A DNA stretch of 64,000 nucleotides from an uncultured Acidobacteriota bacterium (GTDB taxonomy: Bacteria; Acidobacteriota; UBA6911): the NCBI GenBank assembly GCA_963827655.1, contig CAWHCF010000022.1:288001-352000 (forward strand), read 5' to 3'. Position numbers and translations under genes: made by a program. The notes beneath the pieces are model-generated. The model did no database searches. It worked only from the letters and a program-made list of their open reading frames with translations, and was not told the origin of the DNA. This document shows, one piece after another, positions 54,711 through 63,774 of this stretch (the stretch's first letter is position 1; the number at the start of each line of letters is the position of its first letter).

Positions 54711-55388
54711 TCAGCGTTTCGAGCGCCGGTACGCAGTGGCCAGGCAGTCGGCGTACTCGTTCCAGCGGAATCCGGAGTGCGCCGCGATCCAGCGCAGCTT
54801 GAGCTCCGGCCGGCGGCTGAAAATGACATAGAGTTCCTGAACCAGCTCGAGGTTCTTGATCTCCCCGCCTTTGCGTTTCCAGCCCCGCTTTTCCCAGCCT
54901 GCGGCCCATTGCGTGATGGTGCTGACGCACAGCTGGCTGTCGGTGTAGATCACCGCCGGCGTTCCTTGGGGCACGAGCCCGACGCCGGCGATCAACGCCG
55001 ACAGCTCCATGCGATTGTTGGTGGTGTGGGCTTCATGTCCCTCGCGCTCGGCGACGATCTCGTTGTTGACGACGTAGACAGCCCCCCAGCCGCCGGGACC
55101 GGGATTTGGATCGGCCGCGCCGTCCGTGAACACGCCGTCGGTGGGGCCCGCCGTGAAGTTGGCGAGCACCTCCGATGTCGTCAGATTCCCTTCGCGCTCC
55201 GACGCCGATCGGGTGGGTATATGCTTCGCGGCTGGACGTGCGGCGCCTGTCTTGAAATGCGAGGTGCCGCCGGACTGCTTTTTTCTGCAGGACAGGCAGC
55301 GCCTGGGCTGCCAGCCTGGAAATTTAGCGAGCGTCGCCGCCTGCAGCTCGAACGGGCGTCCGCAATCCTGGCAGGTGAAGTTTGGCAT
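54711..55388 (-). CDS. rnhA: Ribonuclease HI with N-terminal CxxC..CxxC zinc ribbon
   Basis: VFTDG, TTNNRMEL, IYTDS, WIAAH, NEYAD catalytic set; CQDC-x21-CLSC; GAGG RBS. Confidence 0.9.
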   Translation of the reverse strand: MPNFTCQDCGRPFELQAATLAKFPGWQPRRCLSCRKKQSGGTSHFKTGAARPAAKHIPTRSASEREGNLTTSEVLANFTAGPTDGVFTDGAADPNPGPGGWGAVYVVNNEIVAEREGHEAHTTNNRMELSALIAGVGLVPQGTPAVIYTDSQLCVSTITQWAAGWEKRGWKRKGGEIKNLELVQELYVIFSRRPELKLRWIAAHSGFRWNEYADCLATAYRRSKR

Positions 55389-55619
55389 GCGGTCCTCTAC
55401 TCCCGGGGAGCTCGTGGCGATTTAGCTCCCAATAGCGGCTGATGATGCGCTCGGCTCCTGGTGGTTCAACAAAATCCCGGCCCGTACTGATACCACGCCT
55501 GACAGTATCTATCCAGATCGAAGAGCATGCTACGGTGGGCTCGGGGACCTGTGCTCCAGCCGCCTGAAATGCAATAAATCGGTTCTTCAGGTTCGTCTCC
55601 GATAGGACAAGATCCGCCA

Positions 55620-55915
55620 GGGCATGCTTGCCGCGGCGGCGATCGGCTACCTGTGCAAGCACAATGCGACGCTGTCCGGCGCCGAGGGCGGCTGCCAGGC
55701 GGAGATCGGCGTCGCGTCGGCGATGGCCGCGGCATTGGTCGCGGCGGCACACGACGCGAGTCCCAGGGTCGTCGAGAACGCGGCGGAGTCGGCGCTGGAG
55801 CATCATCTGGCGATGACCTGCGACCCGGTCGCCGGGTTCGTGCAGGTCCCGTGCGTCGAGCGATGCGCATTCGGCGCCGTCAAGGCCTGGACCGCCTACG
55901 CCATCGCCAGCCATG
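55620..55915 (+). pseudogene. Internal fragment of an Fe-S L-serine dehydratase
   Basis: [41 protein letters not shown]; no start, ends next to a 9-mer repeat pair. Confidence 0.8.
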
Positions 55916-55949
55916 TTCGGCGCTCTTTGAAGGTTGCGGATGCTTCGCG

Positions 55950-56027
55950 TTTCTTGGTGTCTTCGCGTCTTCGTGGTTGATTTTTTTCCGCCGCGGTAAC
56001 CACGAAGACTCGAAGAACCGCCAAGAA
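55950..56027. repeat. Back-to-back pair of 3x9-bp repeats
   Basis: tttcttggtgtcttcgcgtcttcgtggtt ... taaccacgaagactcgaagaa. Confidence 0.8.
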
Positions 56028-56075
56028 GCTTGCGCGGATGTGATACCATCGCTTTCATCCATTGAGGACCCGGTT

Positions 56076-56663
56076 ATGCATTGGACAGATCTTTCGCGCC
56101 GGCTTTTTCTTCAGCGGTCCTGCGCTGGAATCGGTTCAACCTGGCTCGCGTCCCGCTGGACCGAGATCCTGGCGGCGCAGGAGCATGCTCACCGTGCCGC
56201 CCTCGCCGCGCCGGAAAGCAAGCTCGAGATTCTCTCCGCGGAAGAGGCCGCCGAAATCGAAGCCGTCGCAGCCCAGATAATTCCAACCGACAGCACCGCC
56301 GGGGCGCGCGAAGCCCACGTCATCTACTTCATAGACCGGGCGCTCGCAACCTTCGACGGTGACAAACGCAAGCTTTACGCCCGAGGGTTGGCGGAGCTTC
56401 AGAGCCGGTCGCGCAAGCTCTTTCGGGGCACGCGACGGTTTTCCGACTTGACCGCGGATCAACAAATCGAGGTCCTCAAATCGATCGAGAAGACTCAGTT
56501 TTTCGAAATCGTTCGCAAGCATACGATCATCGGTTTTTTCGCCAACCCCGAGTACGGCGGCAACCAGGACCAGACAGGATGGAAGCACATCGGCTTTGAG
56601 AATGCCTTCACCTTTGAGCCCCCCTTTGGCTCTTATGACCGCGATCACAAGGAGGGGCATTAA
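56076..56663 (+). CDS. Gluconate 2-dehydrogenase subunit 3 family protein (Tat)
   Basis: SRRLFL; IIPTD..GAREA.V.YFIDRAL; GFFANPEYGGN..GWKHIGF; GAGG RBS. Confidence 0.9.
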   Translation: MHWTDLSRRLFLQRSCAGIGSTWLASRWTEILAAQEHAHRAALAAPESKLEILSAEEAAEIEAVAAQIIPTDSTAGAREAHVIYFIDRALATFDGDKRKLYARGLAELQSRSRKLFRGTRRFSDLTADQQIEVLKSIEKTQFFEIVRKHTIIGFFANPEYGGNQDQTGWKHIGFENAFTFEPPFGSYDRDHKEGH

Positions 56664-56668
56664 GAGAC

Positions 56669-58336
56669 GTGAGAGCCCGGAGTCAGCTCTTTGAAACCGG
56701 CACGCAGGTCGACTTCGCGGTCGTCGGTTCGGGCGCTGCCGGCGGAATCGTGGCGAAGGAACTGGCTGCAGCCGGATTCACGGTTGTTGTCCTCGAGCAG
56801 GGACCCTATCTCAGAGAAGAGGATTTCAAGCACGACGAGCTGAAATACGTGGGGCAGGCGGAAATCACCAACGACTATAAATTGCAGCCCAATACTTTTC
56901 GCAAAACTCCCAGAGCCAAGGCTGTTCTCCAGCCGGCCGTGGGTTATGCCCGGCTGGTGGGAGGCGGCTCCGTCCACTTCACCGCCAATTACTGGCGTTT
57001 TCACCAGATTGATTTTGAGGAGCGCAGCCGGCTGGGGTCGATCGCAGGAACGGGATTTACCGATTGGCCCATTCGTTACTCGGACCTCGAGCCTTACTAC
57101 ACCAAGGCCGAGTGGGAGCTCGGGGTGTCGGGACTTGCCGGCGCAAGCCCGTGGGATCCGCCGCGTTCCCAGCCTTATCCTCTGCCGCCACTCCCGGTCA
57201 AGTCATCAGGCATACTTCTGGAGCGAGCGGCGCGCAAGCTGGGCTGGCATGCTTTCCCTGCTCCGATGGCGATCATTTCTCAACCGTATCGGGGCCGAGG
57301 AGCATGCCTGCACTGCGGCTTCTGCAAATTCTTCGGCTGCGAAGTAAGAGCCAAGTCAAGCACCGCGGCCACCGTGATTCCGATGGCCGAAAAGACGGGA
57401 CGGTGCCAGATTCGTCCAAATTCCTACGTGCGGAAGATCGAGACGGATAAAGCCGGACGGGTTACGGGGGTTATCTACTTCGATGCAGAACGACGCGAGC
57501 ATTTACAGAAAGCCAGAGCAGTCGTTCTCTGCGCCAACGGGGCGGAGACCCCACGCCTGCTCCTGATCTCGAAATCGAATCTGTTTCCGAACGGGCTGGC
57601 AAATTCCAGCGGGCTGGTCGGAAAGTATCTCATGTTCAACGGCGGCGCGGCTGCGGGCGGGGTTTTCGAGCGCCAATTGAACGAATACAAGAGCGTGGTT
57701 GTGACCCGGATCATCCACGACTTCTATGACTCCGACCCGAAGCGAGGTTTCTATGGCGGCGGCGGCATCGATGCGCGTTTCGACTTTCTTCCGATCGGGT
57801 TTGCGCTCGGGGGCTTGCCCCAGGATGCGCCGCGTTGGGGAACCGCATATAAGGCCATGCTCAAGGAGTACTTCACTCGAACAATGTACGTGATCTCCCA
57901 CACTACCTCGCTGCCAGTGGAGACTAACAGCATTTCTCTCGATGCCAATGTGAAAGACGCCTGGGGACTGCCTGCGATACGAGTTACCTATCAGGATCAT
58001 CCGGACGACATGCGCACGATGAAGTTTTTTCTTCAGCGCAGTTCCGAACTGCTGGAGGCGGCCGGAGCCCTCAAAAAGTGGGAATATCCGGTTGAAGAAC
58101 AGACCTTTTCCTTGCATCTTCTGGGCACCTGCCGCATGGGTGACAATCCCGGCAAGTCCGTCGTGGACCAGTTTCACCGCGCGCACGATGTTCCCAACCT
58201 GTTCATCGTAGATGGCAGCAGTCTGGTCACGTCGGGCCGGGGGCAACCGACCTGCACGATTCAAGCGCTGGCTTATCGCGCGGCCGATCACATCATTCGG
58301 TCCGCCAAATCAGGAGAGATCAAGACGTCCGTTTGA
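56669..58336 (+). CDS. GMC family FAD oxidoreductase
   Basis: VGSGAAGG, VGGGS, C..CGFC..GC, ETPRLLL.S, HLLGTCRMG, QPTCTIQALA. Confidence 0.93.
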   Translation: MRARSQLFETGTQVDFAVVGSGAAGGIVAKELAAAGFTVVVLEQGPYLREEDFKHDELKYVGQAEITNDYKLQPNTFRKTPRAKAVLQPAVGYARLVGGGSVHFTANYWRFHQIDFEERSRLGSIAGTGFTDWPIRYSDLEPYYTKAEWELGVSGLAGASPWDPPRSQPYPLPPLPVKSSGILLERAARKLGWHAFPAPMAIISQPYRGRGACLHCGFCKFFGCEVRAKSSTAATVIPMAEKTGRCQIRPNSYVRKIETDKAGRVTGVIYFDAERREHLQKARAVVLCANGAETPRLLLISKSNLFPNGLANSSGLVGKYLMFNGGAAAGGVFERQLNEYKSVVVTRIIHDFYDSDPKRGFYGGGGIDARFDFLPIGFALGGLPQDAPRWGTAYKAMLKEYFTRTMYVISHTTSLPVETNSISLDANVKDAWGLPAIRVTYQDHPDDMRTMKFFLQRSSELLEAAGALKKWEYPVEEQTFSLHLLGTCRMGDNPGKSVVDQFHRAHDVPNLFIVDGSSLVTSGRGQPTCTIQALAYRAADHIIRSAKSGEIKTSV

Positions 58337-58366
58337 TTGACGATTTACGATTGACGATTGACGATT
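58335..58366 (+). repeat. Solo (GATTGAC)n arm
   Basis: gattgacgatttacgattgacgattgacgatt, identical to 32227-32258 and 48093-48124; overlaps the GMC stop codon. Confidence 0.9.
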
Positions 58367-58388
58367 CAAAGGTGGTGCAGTCCTGAAA

Positions 58389-59342
58389 ATGAACAGAACT
58401 GTCACTTTGTGGGTGGTCTGCGCACTCTTCCTCGCCGCCACTCAGGCATGCAAAAAAGCATCGCCCGGTGGTTCAACCACACCCGCCAAGCCCACGGCAC
58501 CAGCTCCTGCAGAGCAGCCCTCGGTCGTTCCGTCCGCCGCCGCATCCACGGACGGGATGGTCCTTATTAAGGGAGCGACGTTTCTCATGGGAACCGACGA
58601 TGCCTTTCCTTACGAAGGACCGGCTCACCGCGTGACCGTGAAATCGTTCTGGATCGACCGGCACGAGGTTACGGTGGCCGCCTTTACCAGGTTCGTCAAG
58701 GCGACCAACCACAAGACCGACGCGGAGAAGTTCGGCTGGTCGGGCGTTTTCGACGTGAAGACCGGGGAATGGAAAAGAGTGGATGGCGCGGACTGGCGGC
58801 ATCCTGAAGGTCCTGATACATCGGCGAAGCCCCAGGAACCGGTCGTGCACATCTCATGGAACGATGCGTCGGCCTACGCAAAATGGGCCAAGAAGCGGCT
58901 TCCGACCGAAGCCGAGTGGGAGTATGCCGCCGCCGGAGGATCAGCCGGAAAAAGGTTCAACTGGGGCGACGATTTTCTTCTGAACGGCAAATGCGTCGCC
59001 AACTGGTGGCAAGGAACCTTCCCCGAGCGAAACACGGGCGAAGATGGCTACGTCGGCCGGGCCCCGGTGGGCAGCTTTCCGGCGAATGGCTACAAACTTT
59101 ACGACATGGCCGGCAATGTCTGGGAATGGTGCAGCGATTGGTTTGACGAAGGATACTACTCGAGGAGTCCAGAAATCGATCCGCCGGGACCCTCGAGCGG
59201 CACAGAGCGGGTCATTCGAGGTGGTTCCTGGATGTGCAGCCAGAATTACTGCCAGGGTATTCGGGTCGCCGCGCGCAGCCAATCCGCCACGGACAGCGGG
59301 CTGAACAATCTGGGATTCCGGTGCGTTCGCGATGCGTCCTGA
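58389..59342 (+). CDS. Formylglycine-generating enzyme (sulfatase maturase)
   Basis: RLPTEAEWEYAA, DMAGNVWEW, RGGSWMCSQNYC..R, GFRC; both catalytic Cys present; precedes a sulfatase. Confidence 0.93.
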   Translation: MNRTVTLWVVCALFLAATQACKKASPGGSTTPAKPTAPAPAEQPSVVPSAAASTDGMVLIKGATFLMGTDDAFPYEGPAHRVTVKSFWIDRHEVTVAAFTRFVKATNHKTDAEKFGWSGVFDVKTGEWKRVDGADWRHPEGPDTSAKPQEPVVHISWNDASAYAKWAKKRLPTEAEWEYAAAGGSAGKRFNWGDDFLLNGKCVANWWQGTFPERNTGEDGYVGRAPVGSFPANGYKLYDMAGNVWEWCSDWFDEGYYSRSPEIDPPGPSSGTERVIRGGSWMCSQNYCQGIRVAARSQSATDSGLNNLGFRCVRDAS

Positions 59343-59373
59343 GCAAGCTCCACCGCGCGGACCACGCTAACTA

Positions 59374-60822
59374 ATGAGGAGGCGCGAGAAAATGCAAGCA
59401 ACACTGCGCAGATGGAGCCTGTTAGGCCTGCTCTCGGTGTCAGCCATTGGTTCTTTTCATCACCCGGCACGATCTCAGCCCGATCGAAAACTGAATGTCC
59501 TGTTGATCGCCGTAGACGACCTGAACACCAACCTGGGCTGCTATGGTGATCCTCTGGCGCGATCCCCCAACATCGACAAGCTGGCAAGCCGGGGAGTCAA
59601 GTTCGAGCGCGCCTACTGCCAGTATCCGCTTTGCAACCCTTCACGCACGTCGATCCTGAGCGGGCGGCGCCCTGATACAACCAGAATCTTCAATAACACC
59701 ACTCCTCCGCGCGCCTACCTGAAGGAGGTTGTATTCCTGCCGGAGTATTTCCGGCAACACGGCTATTTCACGGCTCGCGTCGGCAAGATTGCGCACGGGA
59801 GATTCGAGGACGCTGTCCGGTGGGACGTATCGGAAAACGCCCAGGGGCGCCCGGGCGCGGCGCCGCCGCAACAGCCGCCGCCGGCCAGCACACCGGAAAC
59901 CGGAAATCCGGGAGACGGAGGAGCCAGGCTCTCATGGCTTGCGACCGACAATCACGACGAAGAGGAACCTGACGGGAAAACTGCCAGGCGCATCGTGCGC
60001 CTGTTGCAGGAGAACAAGGACAAGCCCTTCTTCATCGCAGCCGGATTTCACAAGCCCCATCTCAGGTGGGTCGCTCCCAGGAAATACTTTGCCCTGCACC
60101 CTCCCGAAAAGGTCAAACTGCCAAGGACGCCTGAGGACGACCGCAAGGATATTCCCGCAGTTGCGCTGACCCGCACCGCAGGCGACGAGACGATGACTGA
60201 CGAGCAGAAACGGCAGGCGGTTGCGGCTTATTCTGCCTGCGTCTCTTTCACCGACGCGCAGGTCGGTATCGTCCTGGACGAAGTCGACCGGCTGAAACTG
60301 GCCGACAAGACCATAGTGGTTTTCTGGGGCGACCATGGCTTCCATCTGGGCGAACACCATGGGTTGTGGCGCAAGATGACGCTGTTTGAAGAATCCACGC
60401 GCGTCCCGCTTATCATTGCGGCGCCCGGAAAACGCGCTGGTGTCGCCTCGCCCCGCCTGGCCGAATTGGTCGATCTCTACCCGACGCTAACCCAGCTCTG
60501 CGGACTTCCGCAGCCGCCGAAGCTCGAAGGCGTCAGTCTGGTGCCCCTGCTCGAGGATCCTGATCGAGCCGTCAAGCAGGCTGCTTATACTGTCGTTGCC
60601 CGTGGACGCGGCGTGTTGGGGCGAAGCGTTCGGACGGAACGATACCGGTACACCGAATGGGGCGACGAAAAAACGGCCGAGCTGTACGATCACGAGACCG
60701 ATCCGCGCGAATATACCAATCTTGTCCGTGATCCCAAGCACTCCAAGACGCTGGTCGAAATGAAGAGCTTGCTCCATGCGGGCGGAGCGACGAGCCCGGA
60801 GAATCGAGCCGGAAGACGCTGA
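59374..60822 (+). CDS. Cys-type sulfatase (iduronate/choline sulfatase-like), secreted
   Basis: IAVDD, CNPSR, VGKIAH, GFHKPH, GDHG.HLGEH, WRKMTLFE. Confidence 0.93.
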   Translation: MRRREKMQATLRRWSLLGLLSVSAIGSFHHPARSQPDRKLNVLLIAVDDLNTNLGCYGDPLARSPNIDKLASRGVKFERAYCQYPLCNPSRTSILSGRRPDTTRIFNNTTPPRAYLKEVVFLPEYFRQHGYFTARVGKIAHGRFEDAVRWDVSENAQGRPGAAPPQQPPPASTPETGNPGDGGARLSWLATDNHDEEEPDGKTARRIVRLLQENKDKPFFIAAGFHKPHLRWVAPRKYFALHPPEKVKLPRTPEDDRKDIPAVALTRTAGDETMTDEQKRQAVAAYSACVSFTDAQVGIVLDEVDRLKLADKTIVVFWGDHGFHLGEHHGLWRKMTLFEESTRVPLIIAAPGKRAGVASPRLAELVDLYPTLTQLCGLPQPPKLEGVSLVPLLEDPDRAVKQAAYTVVARGRGVLGRSVRTERYRYTEWGDEKTAELYDHETDPREYTNLVRDPKHSKTLVEMKSLLHAGGATSPENRAGRR

Positions 60823-61017
60823 ACCGTCTTCGAGTCTTTGGTTTCTTCGTGTTTGGCTTCGTCCGGCTAAGAATACTATCGACAAACGTCACAGTTTAGG
60901 GTACGAAATGATTGCTGAGTAACTTCAGATGTTTTCGCCCGTACTGGCTTGCATTTCTAGACTTTAGTATTATGGGACTCTTCGCTGGGAGCGAAGAATT
61001 ACTGAACAGGAGAAGAC

Positions 61018-61278
61018 ATGACTTACATCATTACAGAACCTTGTGTTGGCGTCAAAGATACCGCGTGCGTCGACGTCTGCCCGGTCGATTGCATTCATCC
61101 GCGGAAAGATGAGGCCGAGTTTGCTGAAGCGACGCAACTCTACATCAATCCCGATGAATGCATCGATTGCGGCGCCTGCGAACCTGCTTGCCCGGTAGCG
61201 GCGATCTTTCCAGAAGAGGAAACCCCGGAGAAATGGAAATCTTTCATTCAGCTTAATTACGATTACTGGAAGAAGTAG
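61018..61278 (+). CDS. FdxA-type ferredoxin
   Basis: EPCVGVKDTACVDVCPVDCIH, CIDCGACEPACP; AGGAG RBS. Confidence 0.95.
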   Translation: MTYIITEPCVGVKDTACVDVCPVDCIHPRKDEAEFAEATQLYINPDECIDCGACEPACPVAAIFPEEETPEKWKSFIQLNYDYWKK

Positions 61279-61315
61279 CCATTTGAAGGAGTCCGTTCTG
61301 CTAAGGAGAAGGATT

Positions 61316-62387
61316 ATGCTCACGCGCATGCGTCCTGGTTCGAAGGAACTCTTGCTGCTTTTGACTTTGATCTTTGTCATCAGTCTCGCGGGCTGCAGTA
61401 CCACGACCGAGAAGAAAGCCGAGCCGCCTCCGTATGTGCCCGAAGTGCTTCCGATACCTGCGCCGCCGACCGGATTCGAGCCCATGCCGGAGCCGCCCGA
61501 TAATCCAACCACGCCCGAAAAAGTAGCCTTGGGCCGGCAGCTGTTCTTCGACAAACGGCTCAGTTTCGACGGCAGCCGCTCGTGTTATTCGTGCCACCTC
61601 AACGAGCGCGGCCTTACCGACGGACTGCCGACTGCCGTGGGCGCAGGCAACAAGCCGCTGCCACGCAGCAGCCCTTCGCTGTGGAATATCGGATATCACA
61701 AGGAGTTCTACTGGGACGGTCGCAGCCCGACGCTCGAGGCTCAAGCCCAGGCGGCCTGGGCCGGCGGCAACATGGGCGCCAAGGGGCATGAAGGCGAAAT
61801 CGTGGGCAAGATCAAAGCCATCCCGGGATACCGGGCGCAGTTTCAGAAGGTCTTCGCTGCCGACGCTACTGCCGCAACCATAATGAAGGCGATTACGGCG
61901 TACGAGCGAACCATCGTTTGCGGCGACACGCCCTGGGACAAATTCCAGCAGGGGGACGCTTCCGCCATCAGCGACGAAGCCAAAAGGGGTTGGGAGATCT
62001 TTCGTGGTAAAGCCGGATGCGGGACCTGCCACGCCGGGGCCCTCTTGACCGACCTGCAGTATCACAACGTCGGGGTGGGAATGGATCAGCCCAAGCCGGA
62101 CGAAGGACGCAAGAACTTCACCAAGGATGAGAAGGATACCGGGCGCGTTCAAGACGCCTACCTTGCGCAGCGTTTCGAAATCGGCGCCTTACTTCCACAA
62201 CGGAAGCAAGGCAACCCTCGAAGAAGCCGTAGACTTCGTGCTGGGCGGAGGATACCCGAACAAATACCTGGACAAGAAGAATCTGAAAAAAGTGAAGCTG
62301 ACGGCGAAGGAGAGGGACGACCTCCTGGCATTCTTGAGATCGCTCGATTGCGGTGTGGAGCTGAAAGAGCCGAAACTGCCCGAATAA
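61316..62387 (+). CDS. Di-heme cytochrome c peroxidase (CcpA/MauG family) lipoprotein (frameshift near 62140)
   Basis: LAGC lipobox; [26 protein letters not shown], then [16 protein letters not shown] in the next frame. Confidence 0.9.
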
Positions 62388-62396
62388 CAGGCCGGG

Positions 62397-62469
62397 TTCT
62401 TCGTGTCTTTGTGTCCTAGTGGTATTGGTTTCATAGCGCTAACCGCAAAGACACGAGGACGCGAAGAAA
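62397..62469. repeat. Back-to-back pair of 3x9-bp repeats
   Basis: ttcttcgtgtctttgtgtcctagtggta ... taaccgcaaagacacgaggacgcgaagaaa. Confidence 0.8.
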
Positions 62470-62480
62470 TACCAAGAGCG

Positions 62481-63668
62481 GTAGAGTTGTTTTCACGCAT
62501 TGCTTCCAGGCTCCACGCAGAAACAAATCCACTCTATAGAATCCGCGCCCAGATCGAGTCCCGGGGAGAGCAGATACTCGACCTTGTCTCGGGAAATCCC
62601 AACCAGCACGGCATATTTTTTCCTCAAGAGCCGCTCGAAGCCAGTCTGATTCGTGGCGCGAGGCAGGCTCGCTGCTATCATCCCGATTCGTTAGGGCAGC
62701 GTCCGGCGCGGGAAGCCATTTCGTCCTACTATCGAAACCAGGGACTGGCAATCCCGCCCGAAAACATCCTGCTTACTCCCGGAACCAGCATTTCTTACTG
62801 GTACTGCTTTAAACTGCTGGCCGATGAAGGGGAGGAGATTCTGTGTCCGCGCCCCTCGTATCCGCTCTTCGACTACATTGCCGAAATGAGCGGCGTGCGA
62901 ATGGTTTCTTACCCTATGGACGAGGCTCGCGCCTGGGCTATCGACCTCGATCGTCTGGAGGCCTCGATCTCCACCGGCACTCGTGCCATCATCCTCATAT
63001 CGCCGCATAATCCCACCGGCCACGTCGCTTCGCTCGATGAGATCCACGGACTGGCCGAGATCGCCCGCCGGCATGACCTGGCGATCATCAGCGATGAGGT
63101 CTTCAGCGAATTCCTTTTCGAGTCCCAGGTCTTGCCCCGCGCGGCCGCCAGCGCCGCTCCGCTGGTTTTTACCCTCAACGGCTTCTCCAAAATGTTCGCT
63201 CTGCCCGGCCTCAAGCTGGGCTGGATGACGGTCTCGGGCCAGAGCGACCAGGTGAAAGACGCGATCCGCAGCCTGGAGCTGATCTCCGATACCTTCTTAC
63301 CGGTGAATGAAATGGTTCAGGCGGCAGTCCCCGCCATCTTCGAGGAGGGGGGGACCTTCTTGAGATTCTATGCTCGAGAAATAGCGCAGCGCTGGATGGA
63401 GGCGCGGCGGATTCTGAGCCGCTGCGCTCACATCGCCTTCGTCGAACCTGGAGGAGGATTCTACGTTACGCTGAAGCTCCAGAGCATTGAGGAAGAGCCG
63501 GCCGCGCAAGCAATTCTCGCCACCAACCATTTGCTGGCACATCCGGGTTACTTTTATGACATCGATCCCGATCACCTGGTTTTGAGCTTCATCCAGGAGC
63601 CGGAGATCATCCGGACCAGCCTTCCCCGCCTTATTGCCACGTTAGAACATGCGTCCCGCTGTCTGTGA
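62481..63668 (+). CDS. Class I/II PLP aminotransferase (start approximate)
   Basis: PSYPLFDY, ISPHNPTG, ISDEVF, NGFSKM..LPGLKLGW. Confidence 0.9.
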   Translation, partial: VELFSRIASRLHAETNPLYRIRAQIESRGEQILDLVSGNPNQHGIFFPQEPLEASLIRGARQARCYHPDSLGQRPAREAISSYYRNQGLAIPPENILLTPGTSISYWYCFKLLADEGEEILCPRPSYPLFDYIAEMSGVRMVSYPMDEARAWAIDLDRLEASISTGTRAIILISPHNPTGHVASLDEIHGLAEIARRHDLAIISDEVFSEFLFESQVLPRAAASAAPLVFTLNGFSKMFALPGLKLGWMTVSGQSDQVKDAIRSLELISDTFLPVNEMVQAAVPAIFEEGGTFLRFYAREIAQRWMEARRILSRCAHIAFVEPGGGFYVTLKLQSIEEEPAAQAILATNHLLAHPGYFYDIDPDHLVLSFIQEPEIIRTSLPRLIATLEHASRCL

Positions 63669-63774
63669 TTCTTCACGGTACGCACGTCAAGCAAACCAAC
63701 AGGGAATCAAAGAATCGCTTGATGCCGGGCAGCGCAGGATCTATGATGGCGCACATCAAGTCACAACCGGAGAT

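Noticed and set aside
58389-59342. FGE domain as a DGR target
   Set aside because: Catalytic cysteines are intact, it is next to a sulfatase, and no reverse transcriptase or template repeat was seen
770-62387. Frameshifts as programmed recoding or mass pseudogenisation
   Set aside because: About 14 unrelated genes carry isolated indels with well-preserved halves and no in-frame stops, which fits long-read consensus error better
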